Shown: in pieces, positions 15,278 through 31,044 of the stretch | How positions within the stretch are numbered: the stretch's first letter is position 1 | Layout of the letters: each line of letters opens with the position of its first letter | From: Chrysomallon squamiferum | Taxonomy: Eukaryota > Animalia > Mollusca | Assembly: GCA_012295275.1 (NCBI GenBank) | Contig: CM022669.1 | Span: 16,988,001 to 17,052,000, forward strand | DNA length: 64,000 bases | Direction: 5' to 3' | Notes under the pieces: model-generated | The model's input: only the letters and a program-made list of their open reading frames with translations | What the model was told of the DNA's origin: nothing | Database searches by the model: none | Program-made: the position numbers and the translations under genes

Positions 15278-16014
15278 TAAGACTATAACTAATAGTATAT
15301 ATACTACAAATCGATAAAATGTGATCGTTTTGGCAACACTGCATATTGTAGATGGATATTCATGATTATAAAAATAACAATAACTATACTTTATAGGTGA
15401 ATATTTCATGACCACATAACTAATCATATAATGTTTTAAACTGAAACTTTATGACAGTCTGGATAAGGCTATGTGGTGGTTCATATTGATATTCCACGAT
15501 CATATGGATAATACTGCTTATTATCATTATCAGTGGATATCGCTAGGCCATACCACTAATGACTATTCCATATGGAGAATAAAATGCAATATAATGAGAT
15601 GCCGTTAAGCAAAACACAATTCACTGCAAGACTAAGATTAATATAATTTATTTAGTTAATTTATTATCATTGCAGCAGACACATTGTTATTGCTTTAAGT
15701 TATTATTTCCTGTGTTATAATTTTAGCATAGGAAAACATCCTATTAAAATAATGCCAAGAGCCCCAGGGACAAAAGTCAGTACATAAACACATATAAGCT
15801 TTTTTTACAAGGTTACATACTTGAAGTACCCCACCTGTGATATATTGCCCTTAGCATACCACCTTCATTGAGTATTTAGCTAGAAAAAAAAAAATCATTA
15901 TCTTTTTTACATATTTAGGAGTAAGTGATAAAATTGAAAATAAAATGAAAATAATTTGTCTTAAGAAGAGTGAGATTTTTTTTTTTTTTTTTTATTTATT
16001 TATTTATTTATTAC

Positions 16015-16017
<3 letters not shown>

Positions 16018-16097
<80 letters not shown>

Positions 16098-16120
16098 TTA
16101 TTATTAATTTTATTATTATT
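16018..16120. repeat. (TTA)n microsatellite
   Basis: Direct reading. Confidence 0.95.
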
Positions 16121-16678
16121 TTGAATATTAATATTGATTTAAATTATATTATACATTGGTAAATTATTCAGTTTCTTGTGTGTTTTGACTACTGGTATGT
16201 CTCATACAATAACAGACATACTTTAATATCAGTGGGCTAGAAGAACAAAAGTTTATAGCATTATTAAATAAAATTCAAAGACATTATTTAGATATCTGAA
16301 CACAGATATATTTAATCACATATCTTCCATTGTGTTCATCTTTCAGACTATGTATATATATGTCAAATACTTCAGTCACACATGACACAAAATCACATGC
16401 TTGGATGCCACCTATTGAAAAATGCTAGAAACATTTGTTCCAGTATTACAGGTTTCACATGTGTTCATCATTAAAATTCGATATTTTACAAGTATAATAC
16501 CTTTTTTTATCGCTAATCTACCATAGTTTTAACAATATAACACAATGCAGTTTTCCATCAGTGGTTTGTAGCTATCAAGCACATAATACATTATTTTTAA
16601 TCATTAAACTGCCAATATTGTTTTATGATTTTTGTTATATTTTAATTATAAAATTGCCAATAGCTGTGAATATAATAT

Positions 16679-16963
<285 letters not shown>

Positions 16964-17331
16964 TTCCATCAGTCAATAAAATCAATATTACTTTAATGAT
17001 CCCATGCATTTCCTACACCAGTATTTTCACACGACACATTTTTTGAATACCTACAGCTTGTATTTAATGTCAGCTGTAAAGTGTAATTATTTTTATTTAT
17101 AAGCATCCAGTATGAGTCAGTAGGTTTCACATATGTACTTAGTTATATAGATCAGAGTATTTAAACTGTTTCGTGATAGAATGAGATATTCAAGTTAGGC
17201 CACACTTACAGACACACCCAGTGGAGTGCAACATAAAGAAATCATTTTGACATAATTTTCAAAATAAGTAAATCTTTTCAGCTTACATTCATATATTTTC
17301 ATTATTAAATACGCAATATATTTCCCATCTA

Positions 17332-17366
<35 letters not shown>

Positions 17367-19253
17367 ATCAGTAACACACACACACACACATTGCATGTCC
17401 AAAATCATATATATGATAGATAGTTTAGATAGATAGGCAGAAAGACAGATGGACAGATAGATAGATAGATAAACAGATATCATATCACATCATATCATAT
17501 CATATAGTTCAAATATCTCCCTCACAGAATAGTATTTTTACCCATGCGCAACTTTCATTCCTGGATTAAATAAATATCTGTGCCACTCAGATAATGATCA
17601 CTTAAACTGATCATATTATTAATTTTATTATCATATTAATTTTATTATCATATTAATTTTATTTATCATATTATTATTTTTATCATCACATTAATTTTAT
17701 TTCATTTTTCATATCTGTGACTTGTCACAAGGAATCAGGTTTTAAGTCACATGACAAAGTATTGAATTCAAGCCAACAGTCATGGAGTGACAGCAAAACA
17801 CAAATGGGTTTATATATATATATGCCTTATCGCTTTGATCTTGTGATCAAACTGATAGAAAATAATGTCTATTAAAGATCTCTTATGAACTCTGTTATTT
17901 GCTGGGTGCCTTATTTTCTGATAAAAAGATAAATTTTTTTATCAAATACCAATGTGTCATGGGGATGAATGAGGTATCCAAATGAAGTTTACATACTCAA
18001 GAAGGTGAAAATCTTCATAACTGTGACTTGAGACTTGATTTGATGTGATGGGTCACATTGTTTTTATAAAACAGTCTCCAAACATTAAAATAAATAAATA
18101 AATAGAAACACTTGAAAACATAGTTATCTGTTTTAATTTATGTCTATGGAATATAATTACTAAAAGTACATTTTAAAATTTACAATTCTCTAGATCATTC
18201 TTGTATTCAGCTAATAATTTAGATTAACACAAAGACTCATCTGTCTACCTGTAAAGGAAGCCATAATTTACAACAACACCTTGATTTAACTGTTACCTTT
18301 GCATATCTGAACATCCATTGTGTTTACAATGTCAGGTCTAACTTATAAAATAAAATAGATATCCACACTTAATATAACAATTAATCATCCTTTTTTATCT
18401 TTTGTTTTCATTTTTAATTTGGATTTTTACTCTTCCCACACACCTGACAATGTGGCTTTGACCTGCTCAGGTGAGTGAGTGAGTGAGTGAGTGAGTGCAT
18501 CGTCCAGGTAGTGTTAGAATCATCAAGGTAACTGTCGTTAAAGGTAACCCTCACAGTTTGTTACACAATCATTCAGCTTTTGGGTGACAAATGACCCTGC
18601 TCCAGGCCATGTTTGCTCAAGAGAATAATTATTTGTTATTATTAAAACAAAGCAGTGATAGTTATTAGCCAAACTGTGAGAGAGGGATAAACAAAGTGTT
18701 TATTATTATATTTTAAGAAAAATAAAAAATAAAAAATAAAAATAATAATAATAATAATAATAATGTGTAATAATTTTTAAATCAATAAAACAAATTAAGA
18801 ACAGGAAAAAAAAAATATGAAAATAAACAAGAATATAATATATCTTTAATCAAATACCTTACATAATCTATATCCCTTCTTGTTTTTGTTTTTTTTTTTT
18901 TTTAAACCTGATTATCTCCATAATCTGTATGTACGTGACTCAACAAAATACTGATATGTCACGAACTGTTTTAATGGAATGCAGTTATCATTAAATTATA
19001 ACCTAAATACAGTACACTGTATTATACGTATAATAAGAATAAGAATATGAATAAAAAAAAATCAATAAATCAATAAATTTAGTTAATGTGAGTTAGAGAT
19101 GCAGTAAGTTTAGATATGAAAAAAAACACCTGAGTAACAGCTTATTACTAGATTATACAACAAACAATAAAAAAATAAAAATAAAAATAAAAATAAAATA
19201 TATATATAAGAGTAGTAAAAAGTTTTATAATCCTGTAGGTTAAATGTGACTTG

Positions 19254-19290
<37 letters not shown>

Positions 19291-19649
19291 TGTATAGACA
19301 ATGACACAGTCAAACTGACAGATAGATAAATAGATTACAGACAATAGACAAAAAAAAAAAAAAAAAAAGATAGATAAACAGATAGACAGGCAAGAAAATA
19401 TGTTATCACGCAAACAAACATTTATTTTTTTACATCATATACATATATCTCTGTGTGTGTGTGTGTGTGTGTGTGTTTGTGCATGTGTCTGTGTGTGTAT
19501 GTATGTGTTGTCCTTAAACACCACAAAATAAACAAGAAGAAATTATTTTTGAAGCTGTACTTGCCTACATCACGGAAGTCCATCCTTAAACACTGCTGAA
19601 GATTGATTACTTTATACCTATGGTCTGTATCCTTCCTTCATAACATAAC

Positions 19650-19683
<34 letters not shown>

Positions 19684-20039
19684 ATCCTTTTCATGCTTCA
19701 CTGAACACGAGGTTCACAATAATCACACTTCTCTGAACAACACTACATGAACTGAACCAAAAATATCTACAAATGATTTCACACCTCAGTGACCATCCTG
19801 AACAATAACTGGGACTAATTTTAACTTGAACATGATGAAAATGTGTCTCAAAAATTAAAATAATAAATAAATAAAATAATAAATAGATTGTAGAGTTAAA
19901 AATAAAATTAAAGGCGGAAGTGATATTATTAATAAATGTTAGCAAATATGAAATATCTTGTTAAAACATTTTATTTTGATAGAAACACTTGTATTGTTTA
20001 ATTTATTTACAATTTACTTTAAGTCCATATAAATGACCG

Positions 20040-20460
20040 TTTGTCTTAAACAAATTTACATTAAATTTACACAATCCACTAGCTACATTAAAACAGTTTG
20101 ATGTATGTTAATTAAATGAAGAGTATTATAATACATTAACATAAACCTATTATAACCTAATTTATAATAAATTAACACAAACCTCTACTATCTACTTTAC
20201 ACCTAGCTATAGTAAGTTTGCATAATCTACTAGCTTCCTTAAAGCAGTTTATAGTAAGTTTGCATTTCATACTAGCTATCTAAAAACAATTTATAATAAG
20301 TTTACGTTAGACATTAACTACATTAAAACAATAAGTTTACATAACCTAATACTCACTACTTCAATCCTAGCTATAGCAAGTTTACATAATAAATGAGCTA
20401 CCTAAAAAACAATTTACAATACGTTTACACAAACTACTATTCTAAATACAACTTTACAAA
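20040..20460. repeat. Degenerate tandem repeat (tagctacattaaaaca...ataagtttacataa-like units)
   Basis: Recurring tagcta/taagtttac motifs every 40-50 bp or so. Confidence 0.55.
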
Positions 20461-20957
20461 CAAATAACAGAGAGCCTTAAACGACACACACACCTAAAAT
20501 CAACAGCTCCACACATACAGTGGACCCTAATCTCAATACACAGTGACAGAAGAAACTTCCTAAGTGGACAACAATAAAAAAAAAAAAGAGAAAGAAAAAA
20601 AGCAAAGCTCTTTTGCAAAGGATCAAAGGATGTATAGGTGAGAAAAACGGTCTGGAGAATGCCAAGTCAATCAGAGTACTGAGTGTCCAGCCCATGGAGA
20701 CCATTGTTCCTGTGTTTGACTTGGTTTTTATAAGGCTGATCACGGAAATCTCTTAAGGATATTTGTCTAAAAGGTCAAATCTTCGTGATTGTTATCAGCT
20801 GGTGTTATTATAGACAAAGTCTCACAGAGAGAGAGAAAAAAAAAAAAATCGCTATTTTCTAATAGAGGTGATTATTCTTTGGATTGATGTTTATTGTTAC
20901 AAGCTGATTATTAGAGACTGATACTAAACAGTGAACTGATGTATACAGTAAAAATCA

Positions 20958-20959
<2 letters not shown>

Positions 20960-21024
<65 letters not shown>
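20960..21024. repeat. (CT)n microsatellite
   Basis: Direct reading. Confidence 0.95.
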
Positions 21025-21029
<5 letters not shown>

Positions 21030-24000
21030 TTCTTAAATTTTTTTAAATTATTATTATTTTCTTATTTATGTATGCAATTTTTCTTCTATATAAAGAAGGT
21101 TATTATTAATTTTTTTTTGTTTTTGTTTTTTTGTTTAATAAGAGCAGATAAAAGGCAATGAACTTTGATAAATAATAAAATAATATTACTAATCTATACA
21201 TAGACAGATATAGACAGACATGCAGACAAACTGATAGATAGATGTTAGCAAAAAAACAACAACAAACATATACTGATAATGGATATTTGGTGGAAAGGTT
21301 GCTTGAAGTGGGGCATGAACCATTTTTTTTTTTATCTTGAAATATTTTACACAACAAACCTAACATTCACTGTTTCTTTCTACATACAACAACAAGGGAT
21401 CTTTTGTAAGTGTACTTATTCAATCAGTGATGCACACTTATTAAACTCACAACTTATGCCGAAGTTGGGTTTGCAAAGAGTTCTGTCTACAAGTTAAACC
21501 TAAATTCAATAAGCAGTTAAATAAAAATTGTGTGCTTTTTTATTGTGTTTTTTTTTTTCAGAGTTCAGTTGTGGCTGTGTTTGTTTAAAAGGTGTTGTTC
21601 CTATTTGGATAAATCAGCATAGCTGAATGGAATGTCTCTGTTTTGCACACACACAAACTGATTGAAAACACAATGAGTGCAAAGTCACACGATAGTCACC
21701 CGTTAGTCACCCGTAGGTGATGGCTGGAACCAGTCTATTAATAGATTTTTTTGTTTTAATTTTTTTTTTGACTCTTATTTTTATTGATTTTTGCTGATTT
21801 ATTTATTTATTTATTTGTTTATTAATATTGTTATTATTATTATTATTATTATAATGAAGAAATCTTTTACTTTTTTAGTTTTCATTAGATTTATTTATTT
21901 GTATATTTTTTTACTGATATTTTTATTAATTTATTATTATTATTATTATAGGTATTTTTTTGTCGTTTTTTTTTTTATATTATAATGGTTGTTTTCATTT
22001 TTCATTTGTCAGCATTTTTGTTGTTATTACTGTTGTTAATTTAATCACATTTTTGGGTTTTTATTCTTAAAATATGTTCAAAAAAAAATTAATATTAAAC
22101 AAATGAAACAATTAATATAGAAATAAAAAGGAAGGATAAATAAAAAAAATAAAAAAATAATGAAAACAAGAAAAGAAAAAGAAACTATTTCCAGATATTC
22201 ACAGCATTGTTAAAAAAAAAAAAATGTAAGCTGTATCAAAATAACCAATAAAATTTTACTTACATGAAATATCTCACTAGTACCCAGTATATCAAAACCT
22301 GAGAAACCTGTATTTTCGAAATACAAAATTATCACTGGATTTTACAATATGAACCAATCCTTATAAACACAAGATATACCAAGTGGGTGACACCCATACC
22401 GAAATATGTCTGAAGTCTACACATGAATCCATTTAAACATCATGACACAAGCCTACTTCACAAACACTTGATATTTTTTACCTCACAAAGCAGAAGAGCA
22501 TGTCCCAAGGTAGACTATTCTTTCTTTTTTTGTCACCCATTAATGCTTCCCTATGACACTTGTGTGATAACTAGATCTAGGTTATGAGTGTTTGCAAGTA
22601 TTTTCTTTATCAGAATGCCTGTTATAGGTGTAACAATTGCTATTCTCAGAATCTCTGAGATTTTTTTTCTTTTCCTTTTAGAATTAGTAGTCTTAATAAT
22701 AAGTATGTTTTAGAGGGCAAAAAATATCATATTTATTTCTAAATATTTAGTATTCTGTCATCTCTCTCTCTCTCTCTCTTTTATTGTCTCTAAAACACAC
22801 ACACACACATACAGTGATCTATCTTTCTATGTGTAATTTATTTTGTCTTCTCTCTTCCTCTCACTCTCTCATCTGTATATTTCTTTTCTATTTTTCTGTC
22901 TTTTTCTCTTTCTTTCATTCATTTTATTGTTCTCTCTTCCTCTGTACTTCTTTTTAAATTCCAAACAAACAAAATATACTATCAGAATAATTATATCACC
23001 TCAATTTGAATTTCCAGTCAGTTAATTTTACTACGAAATTATTTCAGAAAGATCATTATTTTTTTATTATTAATATTATTTTTTACCTCTTATTATTATA
23101 TGTTGTTTTGTTTGTTTCTCATGCATAAAACTGTCAGATCTTTTCTCACAAGAAAACTGCTAACTAAGTTTAGAGAGAACAATAGGATAGAAAAAAAATG
23201 TTGTTTTTCTTGAACACAAAAACATGCAGTCATTTAACATCCTGAAGAAGTACAGGTAGATGTCAATGTACAAAAGAAACAAGAAAAACAAGACATGCAG
23301 GTAGGATGGGATATGTTTTTGTTGTTGTTGTTGTTGAGAGAGAGATATTTTGTTATAATTTAAAAAAAAGAAAAAAGAAAAAGAAACAAAATATTATATT
23401 TCTCAAATAATTCATCACCCATCTCAAAGCATGCAAGTTTGAGCCTGTCTGTTCCATTTAACTATTGCATTCTCATACATGGGTAAAGTGTACTTTAATG
23501 GTGAAAAAAAATAAAAATGAATGAATGAAAGAATGTTTAAAATCCACTCAACACATTTTTTTATATAAATGCTTATTTGTGTGTCAGACATGTTTGTTTG
23601 TGTAATAAAAAGATTGATTTAACATGAGCTTGCTTCTTCAGATGCTTTTAAAATGGAGCTATTCAATGATCATGAATCTATTGTTCGTGGCTATTTACAA
23701 CAGTTAAGAGACTGAATCATTAAACTATTTCTTTTTATATACAAATTTCTAAAATATTTTATGAATTATTTCAGCTAATAGCTCCCATTCTGTTAGTTAA
23801 ATCAAAACAATCACTAAACATAATTTAACATCAGTTTTCAATGCCTTCACTCATCTTGTCCTAGCTGTTGTCATGGTTACAGTCTATTAATCGTTCACAA
23901 GTGAAGTCAAATCACACTTATGACTTCTATATTATTACCTGGGAAATACTGAAACCTTTGAAAACAAATTACAAAGTAATTAATTATCCCCACTATTCAA

Positions 24001-24092
24001 TCTATTTTAACATTTTTTTTTTTTTTTTTTTTATACTTTTAGTTATTAGAAACATTCATTAAACAATGTTTTTTAATTTTTATTTTTTTTTT

Positions 24093-24130
<38 letters not shown>

Positions 24131-24544
24131 TCTAATGTAAAATTTCAACTTCATCCCAAACTCTTTTAGTCATGCATAATAATAATAATACATGGACCAA
24201 TGCTTTACAATGGGGGAGGACAGAGGTAATCTGAGATTTCCAACTGTAGAAATTGTATGTCTCTCAAAAACATGTGAAGCAGGTATGTTACATTCCAATG
24301 CAGTCAGACAGGTATGATAAAGAAATAAATGACTGTATTAACTTACTTTTACCTGTGTTCTGAAAATCAGGTGTTGTTGTATTTAAGTAATGTAATAGGT
24401 AACATAGCCACCACCACTAACAACACCAAAACCACTCACTTTAAGCTCTTAGAAGTTTAATTTAGAATGAAGAACAATTTAGTTTTAACATTCAGCGATT
24501 TATTAGATAATTTTTGGATAACATTTTTTTATTATAATGATTTT

Positions 24545-24630
24545 TGAGAGTAGAAACCTTCCATTAACAGTCCATGTGTTACTCTTGGTATTTAGCATAA
24601 TCTAATCTTCTGTATGCACCTTCCCATTGA
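24545..24630 (-). mobile_element. Decayed SINE core fragment
   Basis: gagagtagaaacc...catgtgttactctt...ttagca...tatgcaccttccca resembles the other copies. Confidence 0.45.
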
Positions 24631-24959
24631 TGTTTTAATTTGATAAGCTTGTTGTGAGATGTTGGGTTGAATAGGAAAATTCGTGATAGCTGAACTAAGT
24701 GATCTCTTACAGTAAATTAATATTACTGTTCCCATACTCTCTATACCATACACTTTCTTTCTACACATTGCTTGTTATAAAATCCATTTTACTAGGCCAC
24801 AGCTTCATGTGCCACTACAACACTACAACACTACAACCTGTTTATATCAGTATTTTCATCTGCTTACCACAGCCCCATGTTTTACCATTTCCCCAAAACA
24901 AAGCCTCCACAAACCACCATTTCTGTGATCTTCCAACCTCAACATTTCTCCTTCCCTAT

Positions 24960-25215
24960 TTCACCACCTCTCTAAACTATCACCTATCTAAATCACCACC
25001 TCTCTAAACTATCACCTCTCTAAATCACCACCTCTTTATACCAGTATTTATTTTTCAGTATGATCCACCACCTCTGTAATCGGTGCCTTCCTACATCACC
25101 AACTCTGTAAACCAGTACCTGTCCATAACACTAACTGTACAAATCACCACTTGTCTGTATTTGAAACCTCCCTGTAAGCTCTCTAAACCACCACCTTATT
25201 AAACCAGCACCTTTG
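24960..25215. repeat. Degenerate short-unit repeat (accacctctctaaa)
   Basis: Many copies of (atc)accacctct(c/g)taaa. Confidence 0.65.
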
Positions 25216-25701
25216 TAAAGCTGCCACTTCCTTGTTCCATTATTTTCTTAAACCCCACCATGCCTCTCTACCCACCTCTACATCATTGTTTACCCCCTTC
25301 ACAGAGAGTCTGATACACCCCATTACAGTCACCCCTTTCAGAGCAAGATGCACAGCTGTACAGTCAGCTCTTGTGTTATGTTAATGAATGTCATGGATCA
25401 GAGGCTAACTTATTAAAAACAGCAAATATTCTGTCTTTGTGTGATGCTGCTGAATTATGTAAAAGGTTGTTGTGGAATTCAAGTAATGCTACCTAGGAAT
25501 AAACAAGTAGATAAAAATGAGATAATTTTTTTTTCTTTAAGATACAATAGTTTGAATAATATGCAAATTATGTGAAAGATTTATTATTATTTAAATCAGG
25601 AAGGTTGAAGATTGTCTCATTTTGTTATTTTTATTTTTATTTTAGGACATTTTTACTGCATATTTATTGAGGGTTTTTTTCCTCTATGAGTTAAGTGTAT
25701 G

Positions 25702-25732
<31 letters not shown>

Positions 25733-25762
25733 ATACACATACAAGATAAACAGGTACTGGTG

Positions 25763-25793
<31 letters not shown>

Positions 25794-26349
25794 ATACAGC
25801 AGATGTATCTAGTCCATTTTATATATATCATACATAACTATAACAATTTGTTTTTGATAAAACATGATAAAAATGGCCCACAACTGAAACCTACTAAAAC
25901 ATCATGAAAACGAACACACACAAACAAAATACAATAACATCATAACAACAAGCCTACCTGTGACAATCTCTTTAGAACACTTCACGAATACAACACAGTC
26001 ACAAAATAAAAGAAGAAAAAGAAAAAGATAAATATCCTACGTCATTGTCAAACAGTTAACAATCACAAGCACATTTTCACAAAACGCCAGAAAAAAAAAA
26101 ATAATATATACCCAAACAAGCAACATCACTTAACTTCCAATTGATTAGTTCAAAAAAAGACAAAGCCAGGTAAATATCTGCGGAATGTTTAATCTGGTTC
26201 AGATAAAGAGGATTAATGAAGAGGCTAAACCAGCTTTGTGTCATTGCTTAATTGAGTACTTACGCCTTCATTGCTTTTCAATGTGACTCTTTGTGTGAGA
26301 AGTCAGGGGGAAAGTTGATGTATTGGACGTTAAGCAGAATTTCTTGTTG

Positions 26350-26787
26350 TGCCCAAGAAAGTTATACCAGATATTGTTGCCTATAGATGTTATGCCTTTA
26401 TTGTGCCCATGAAAGTTAGGGCATATATTGTACCCATGAAAATTATGCCAGAGATTTTGCCCATGAAAGTTATGCCAGATATAGTGCTATGAAAGTTGTG
26501 CCAGATATTCTGCCCATGAAAGTTATGCCAGATATAGTGCCATGAAAGTTATGCCAGATATTGTGCCCATGAAAGTTATGCCAGATACTGTGCCATGAAA
26601 GTTAAGCCAGATATAGTGCCATGAAAGTTATGCCAGATATAATGCCATGAAAGTTATGCCAGATATAGTGCCATGAAAGTTATGCCAGAGATTGTGCCCA
26701 CCAGGTTATGCCAGATATTGTACCCTTGTCAGTTAAGCCAGATATTGTACCCTTGTCAGTTTGGCCAGAGATCATGCCCATGAAAGG
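26350..26787. repeat. Minisatellite, 24-25-bp unit, about 17 copies
   Basis: Unit tgc(c)catgaaagttatgccagatat(a/t)g, homogeneous centre and decayed edges. Confidence 0.93.
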
Positions 26788-27198
26788 CATGTATGACCCA
26801 TTGTGTGATGTGAGTTGAACTTTCTGGTCAAGGCTGAGGTTATATAAATATGCATGTTAAGAATGATCAATAACCACTAATGAATAATGTGCTATTGAGG
26901 GCAGGATTCTGTAATGAAAGCTAATATTGTGCGTTAATTATTACTACAGAGAAATCTAGCTGTAATTATAGATTTTAATCTTTACGTATCTGTGGTAGCT
27001 AAGCTTGGGTATTTTTAAATATAGTTAAAATAATGATAATGATGAATAATGATAATAACAACAATTAATTAATAAAATAAAATAAAATAAAATAAAACAA
27101 AATTCTGAGGCTAAACATTTGTAAAAAAGAATATTTAACAGAAAAACAAACAAAAACAATAAATAAATAATAAAAATAAATAAATAAATAAATAAAAG

Positions 27199-27238
<40 letters not shown>

Positions 27239-27411
27239 CTTATTCTGTAACTAAAACAAACCAATCCTAAAACTTCCTCTCAACCACAAAACCATCTAAT
27301 ACCTAAAATAACATTTCCAGTTCTAGCCAGTGCTCTTTACAACTAATTCTACTAAGTTAAACATTTAAAAATAAATTAGATTCTCTGATTAAAATAAACC
27401 AATGCTAAATA

Positions 27412-27442
<31 letters not shown>

Positions 27443-27763
27443 TGGAGAAGAAGAAGTAAAAACTATCCAAGGCCTTCAAAAGATTTTTTTATCATAACTT
27501 TCCCACAACATACCACAACACTGGCACTTTCCTTGTCAAAACATCGGCTCTCCAGTGACAGCTGCGTTGTTGTGCTCAGATTGGGAAACATGTACAACGA
27601 CAAAGACACAACCAGCTTTGACACAACGTGAACACACACACGTATACCGAGGTACAAAAGAAACACAGAGATATTATATATGTGTGCATTCTTTTGTATT
27701 GTTAAAAAGGAATTTTTGGACAGCTATTGCTGTTGTTAAAGAGTGAATGAAATTCCATAAATC

Positions 27764-27793
27764 TTTTTTTTTTTCTTTTTTTTTTTTTTTTTT

Positions 27794-27877
<84 letters not shown>

Positions 27878-27903
27878 CTTTTCTGTCTTTTTTTTTTCTT
27901 TTT
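27764..27903. repeat. Very long poly(T) tract (more than 100 nt, few interruptions)
   Basis: Direct reading. Confidence 0.9.
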
Positions 27904-29458
27904 TTCTTTCTATTTTTCTTTCCATTTCATATGTCATGTACTTCATGTCTTTCAGTGTGGTTTTCTTATCTGCTTAAGTTATGGTAATTGCATTTCAGTC
28001 ATAACCAATGAAAGTCATAAAAGGTTTGTGAATTATCACTATTTATTTAATAACCCCAGCTTATAATTATTTCATTTATCATTCAGAATGAATGAAAGGA
28101 TGCATGGAAGGATGAAATATGTTAAAAACACCTACAACAATAACAACAGCAACAACAACAACATAATAAACACACACACACACACACACACTACAGTCTT
28201 GTATGTGAAGATATATATATATACATATTATATATGTATGTGCATGTATGTACGTATATATACTTATATATATACGTACATACATGCACATACATATATA
28301 ATTTAACAAGCAGAACAGTTCTGCTTTGAAAGACACAAAAGAATAATAAAAATAACTGCACAGAATAAGAAGGATTCACAAATTAATGAACCATTCAGTA
28401 CAGTTTTATTTTGAAAAGGTTTATAATCGTAAACACGTGAACACCTGTAAGAGTGCATTATTGTGATCACCAAAAACAATTTGTGTTATTTGCCAATAAC
28501 AGTATGTTCCATTTCCACTGGGAGTATTTGAACCCAGATCCTTTGTGCTTGGTATAAGTAATTGATTACAGAAAAAAAAAATCTATCAACAGATTTTTAG
28601 ATTAAATACTGTTTGTACAGCCCTTCTGCAAATAACATTCAATGACCTATTAATATAAATAATTAATTCAAAAAAATCTGAAGCCAGTGGTTAAAAAGAT
28701 CATAATTGATAGATGTGTTTGTGTCTTATATCAAATTTCATGTAGTAAGGAATAGAATGAATAATGAATGAAGTAATGAATGGATGGGTGGATGGATGGA
28801 TGGATGGATGAATGAATGAATGAATGAATGAATAAGTTAATGAATAAATGATACTGACTGACTTAATTGGTTGAGTAACTGAATGAAAGAATGGATGAAT
28901 GAAGTAGACAGTTTAAATGAATAATGAATGAATAAACTGACTGACTGAGAGAATGAATGAATGAATTTCTGAATGCAAATTTACTGACAAAGGTTATCAT
29001 TCTGAACAATGCTCTCATCATACAGAACACATTTTTAGACCAAAACAAAAATCTTTCTTTTTATTAAAGTGTATATCAGTAATTTAAACTTACCTCTTGA
29101 GTCTGACAATAATTTACAACATGTTTTAATGAAGGAAATCAGTAAATTACACATTTGAATCAGTAATTTATGACTTTTTTCAAAGACAAACATCAGTAAA
29201 TTAGGTATTTCAGACTGAGTCAGTGAATTTATGACATTTTTAAATGACAAAAATCAGTAAAATTGTCCATCCTACGTCACTTGTTAATCATAAAATGTTT
29301 TTTTTTTTTTAAATTACTTAACTCAAGCTTGTGAACAACCAAAAAAGATTTCCCTGTAACTAAAGTCTGTACGGTATTTGCTATAATTTAACAAAACAAC
29401 AATTTGTGATATTTTCTAAAGCTAAAAATCAGTAAACTATCAGCTTCTAAGCCAATTC

Positions 29459-29590
29459 TACAGGATGAAAGTAGTTAAATTACGTTATGACATCAGTAAT
29501 GTTTTCTTGCCAGACTATGATAAAATTGTACAGGATGAAAGTAGTTAAATTACTTAGAGACATCAATAATGTTTTCTTGCCAGACTATGA
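29459..29590. repeat. Direct duplication, 70-bp period, 2 copies
   Basis: tacaggatgaaagtagttaaattac...gacatca(g/a)taatgttttcttgccagactatga twice. Confidence 0.9.
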
Positions 29591-29932
29591 CAGAAATGTC
29601 AGTGTGTTTGTCCACCATGTATTGGAAAATGTCTGCCATTAGCTCTGTTAATTAAAGGTGGGTATCTGTCTACTTCTGGCTGAAGTTCACCTCGTTTTCT
29701 TTGCATTCCTCTTTGTATGGACTAAAGACTCCCACATAAAAACATTTACATCTGCAATATAACAGTATTCTTTTCTTGTTTCCTTTTTTTTAAATTTATT
29801 TATTTATTTATTTTGTTGACTGAAATAATATTAAATTTAGAGATTGTTTGAATATTTATATCTACTAAATGCTATGAATTAAATATTTTGATTTCATTCA
29901 TTTTTTCATTATATTTATGGTGTGCAAATGTG

Positions 29933-29966
<34 letters not shown>

Positions 29967-31044
29967 ATATTAATCTGTGTGATAACTTATTTGTATATAA
30001 TGAATACTGTACTTTTATTTATAATCATTCTTACATTTTGTTTACACTCAAAATTTTAATACACAATATGCTTACATACACATTCACATAAAACCTGAAA
30101 CTGATATTCTCATTATATTACATCCTTGCATGACACAACCAAGTTTGCCTTTATTATTATCTCAGCATATTTATGTATTATGTAAAAACTATTAAAATTT
30201 AAGCTGAAATATAAATAAAGACAGACAGAAAAAAATAAAAAAATAAAAAATAAAATGTCTGCTAGAAAACTAAAGAGAGAAGCTGTAAAATAAAATTTAA
30301 TATTTTACATCCTGGTATTCCACCCCTAAGTCATTTTTTTTTTTTTTAAGGCTGAGATATAAAATATCAGATGTTATCTTTATGCAGCCAAAGTATGTAA
30401 AGCCTCACATCTCAGATTACAACATCAGATTATCTGAAAACGTGAATGTTTTTTTTTTTTTAAATTTTTAGGTAATAATAATAATAAAATAAAATAAATA
30501 AAATAAGAAGAAGAAAAAAAGATAGTGTAATAATTTGCATATTCATCCATCTTCAATTATTTCTATTACTTCTTCAACTAGAATGTCCCAAACTTTGTTA
30601 TATATTAAAATTATGATTATAAACAGGATATTTCTTTAAGACTAAAAAATCTAAATTATTGAAATACAATTATATGGTTATTGTGTGCATGTAACAACAA
30701 TATTTTTCAATCTGTAAAATTATTTTTGATGAAATTTTATAATATTTATATCAAGATAATTATTTATTAGAAAGATAGATGGATAGACAGACAGACAAAT
30801 ATAAAGAAATACAGAGAGATAGATATATAGAGAGCAAGAGAGAGGGAGAGAGACAGAGATTAACACATTGAAATAATCAGACAGACAGAGAGACAGATAT
30901 ATAGACAGACAGGTAGATAGACAGAGAGAGACTGAAAGACAGTCAGACTGACAGTCAGATAGATGGAGAGAATCCTAAAACCAACTGATTCATATGCTCA
31001 TAACCATAATAATAAATGTTAACAAATAATAAAACATAACCTAC

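Noticed and set aside
19565-19583. Minus-strand mini first exon MDFRDV-G with a GC donor (TAG|gcaagt)
   Set aside because: Short, phase 1 does not match the phase-0 intron, and expected by chance; cannot be supported without transcripts.
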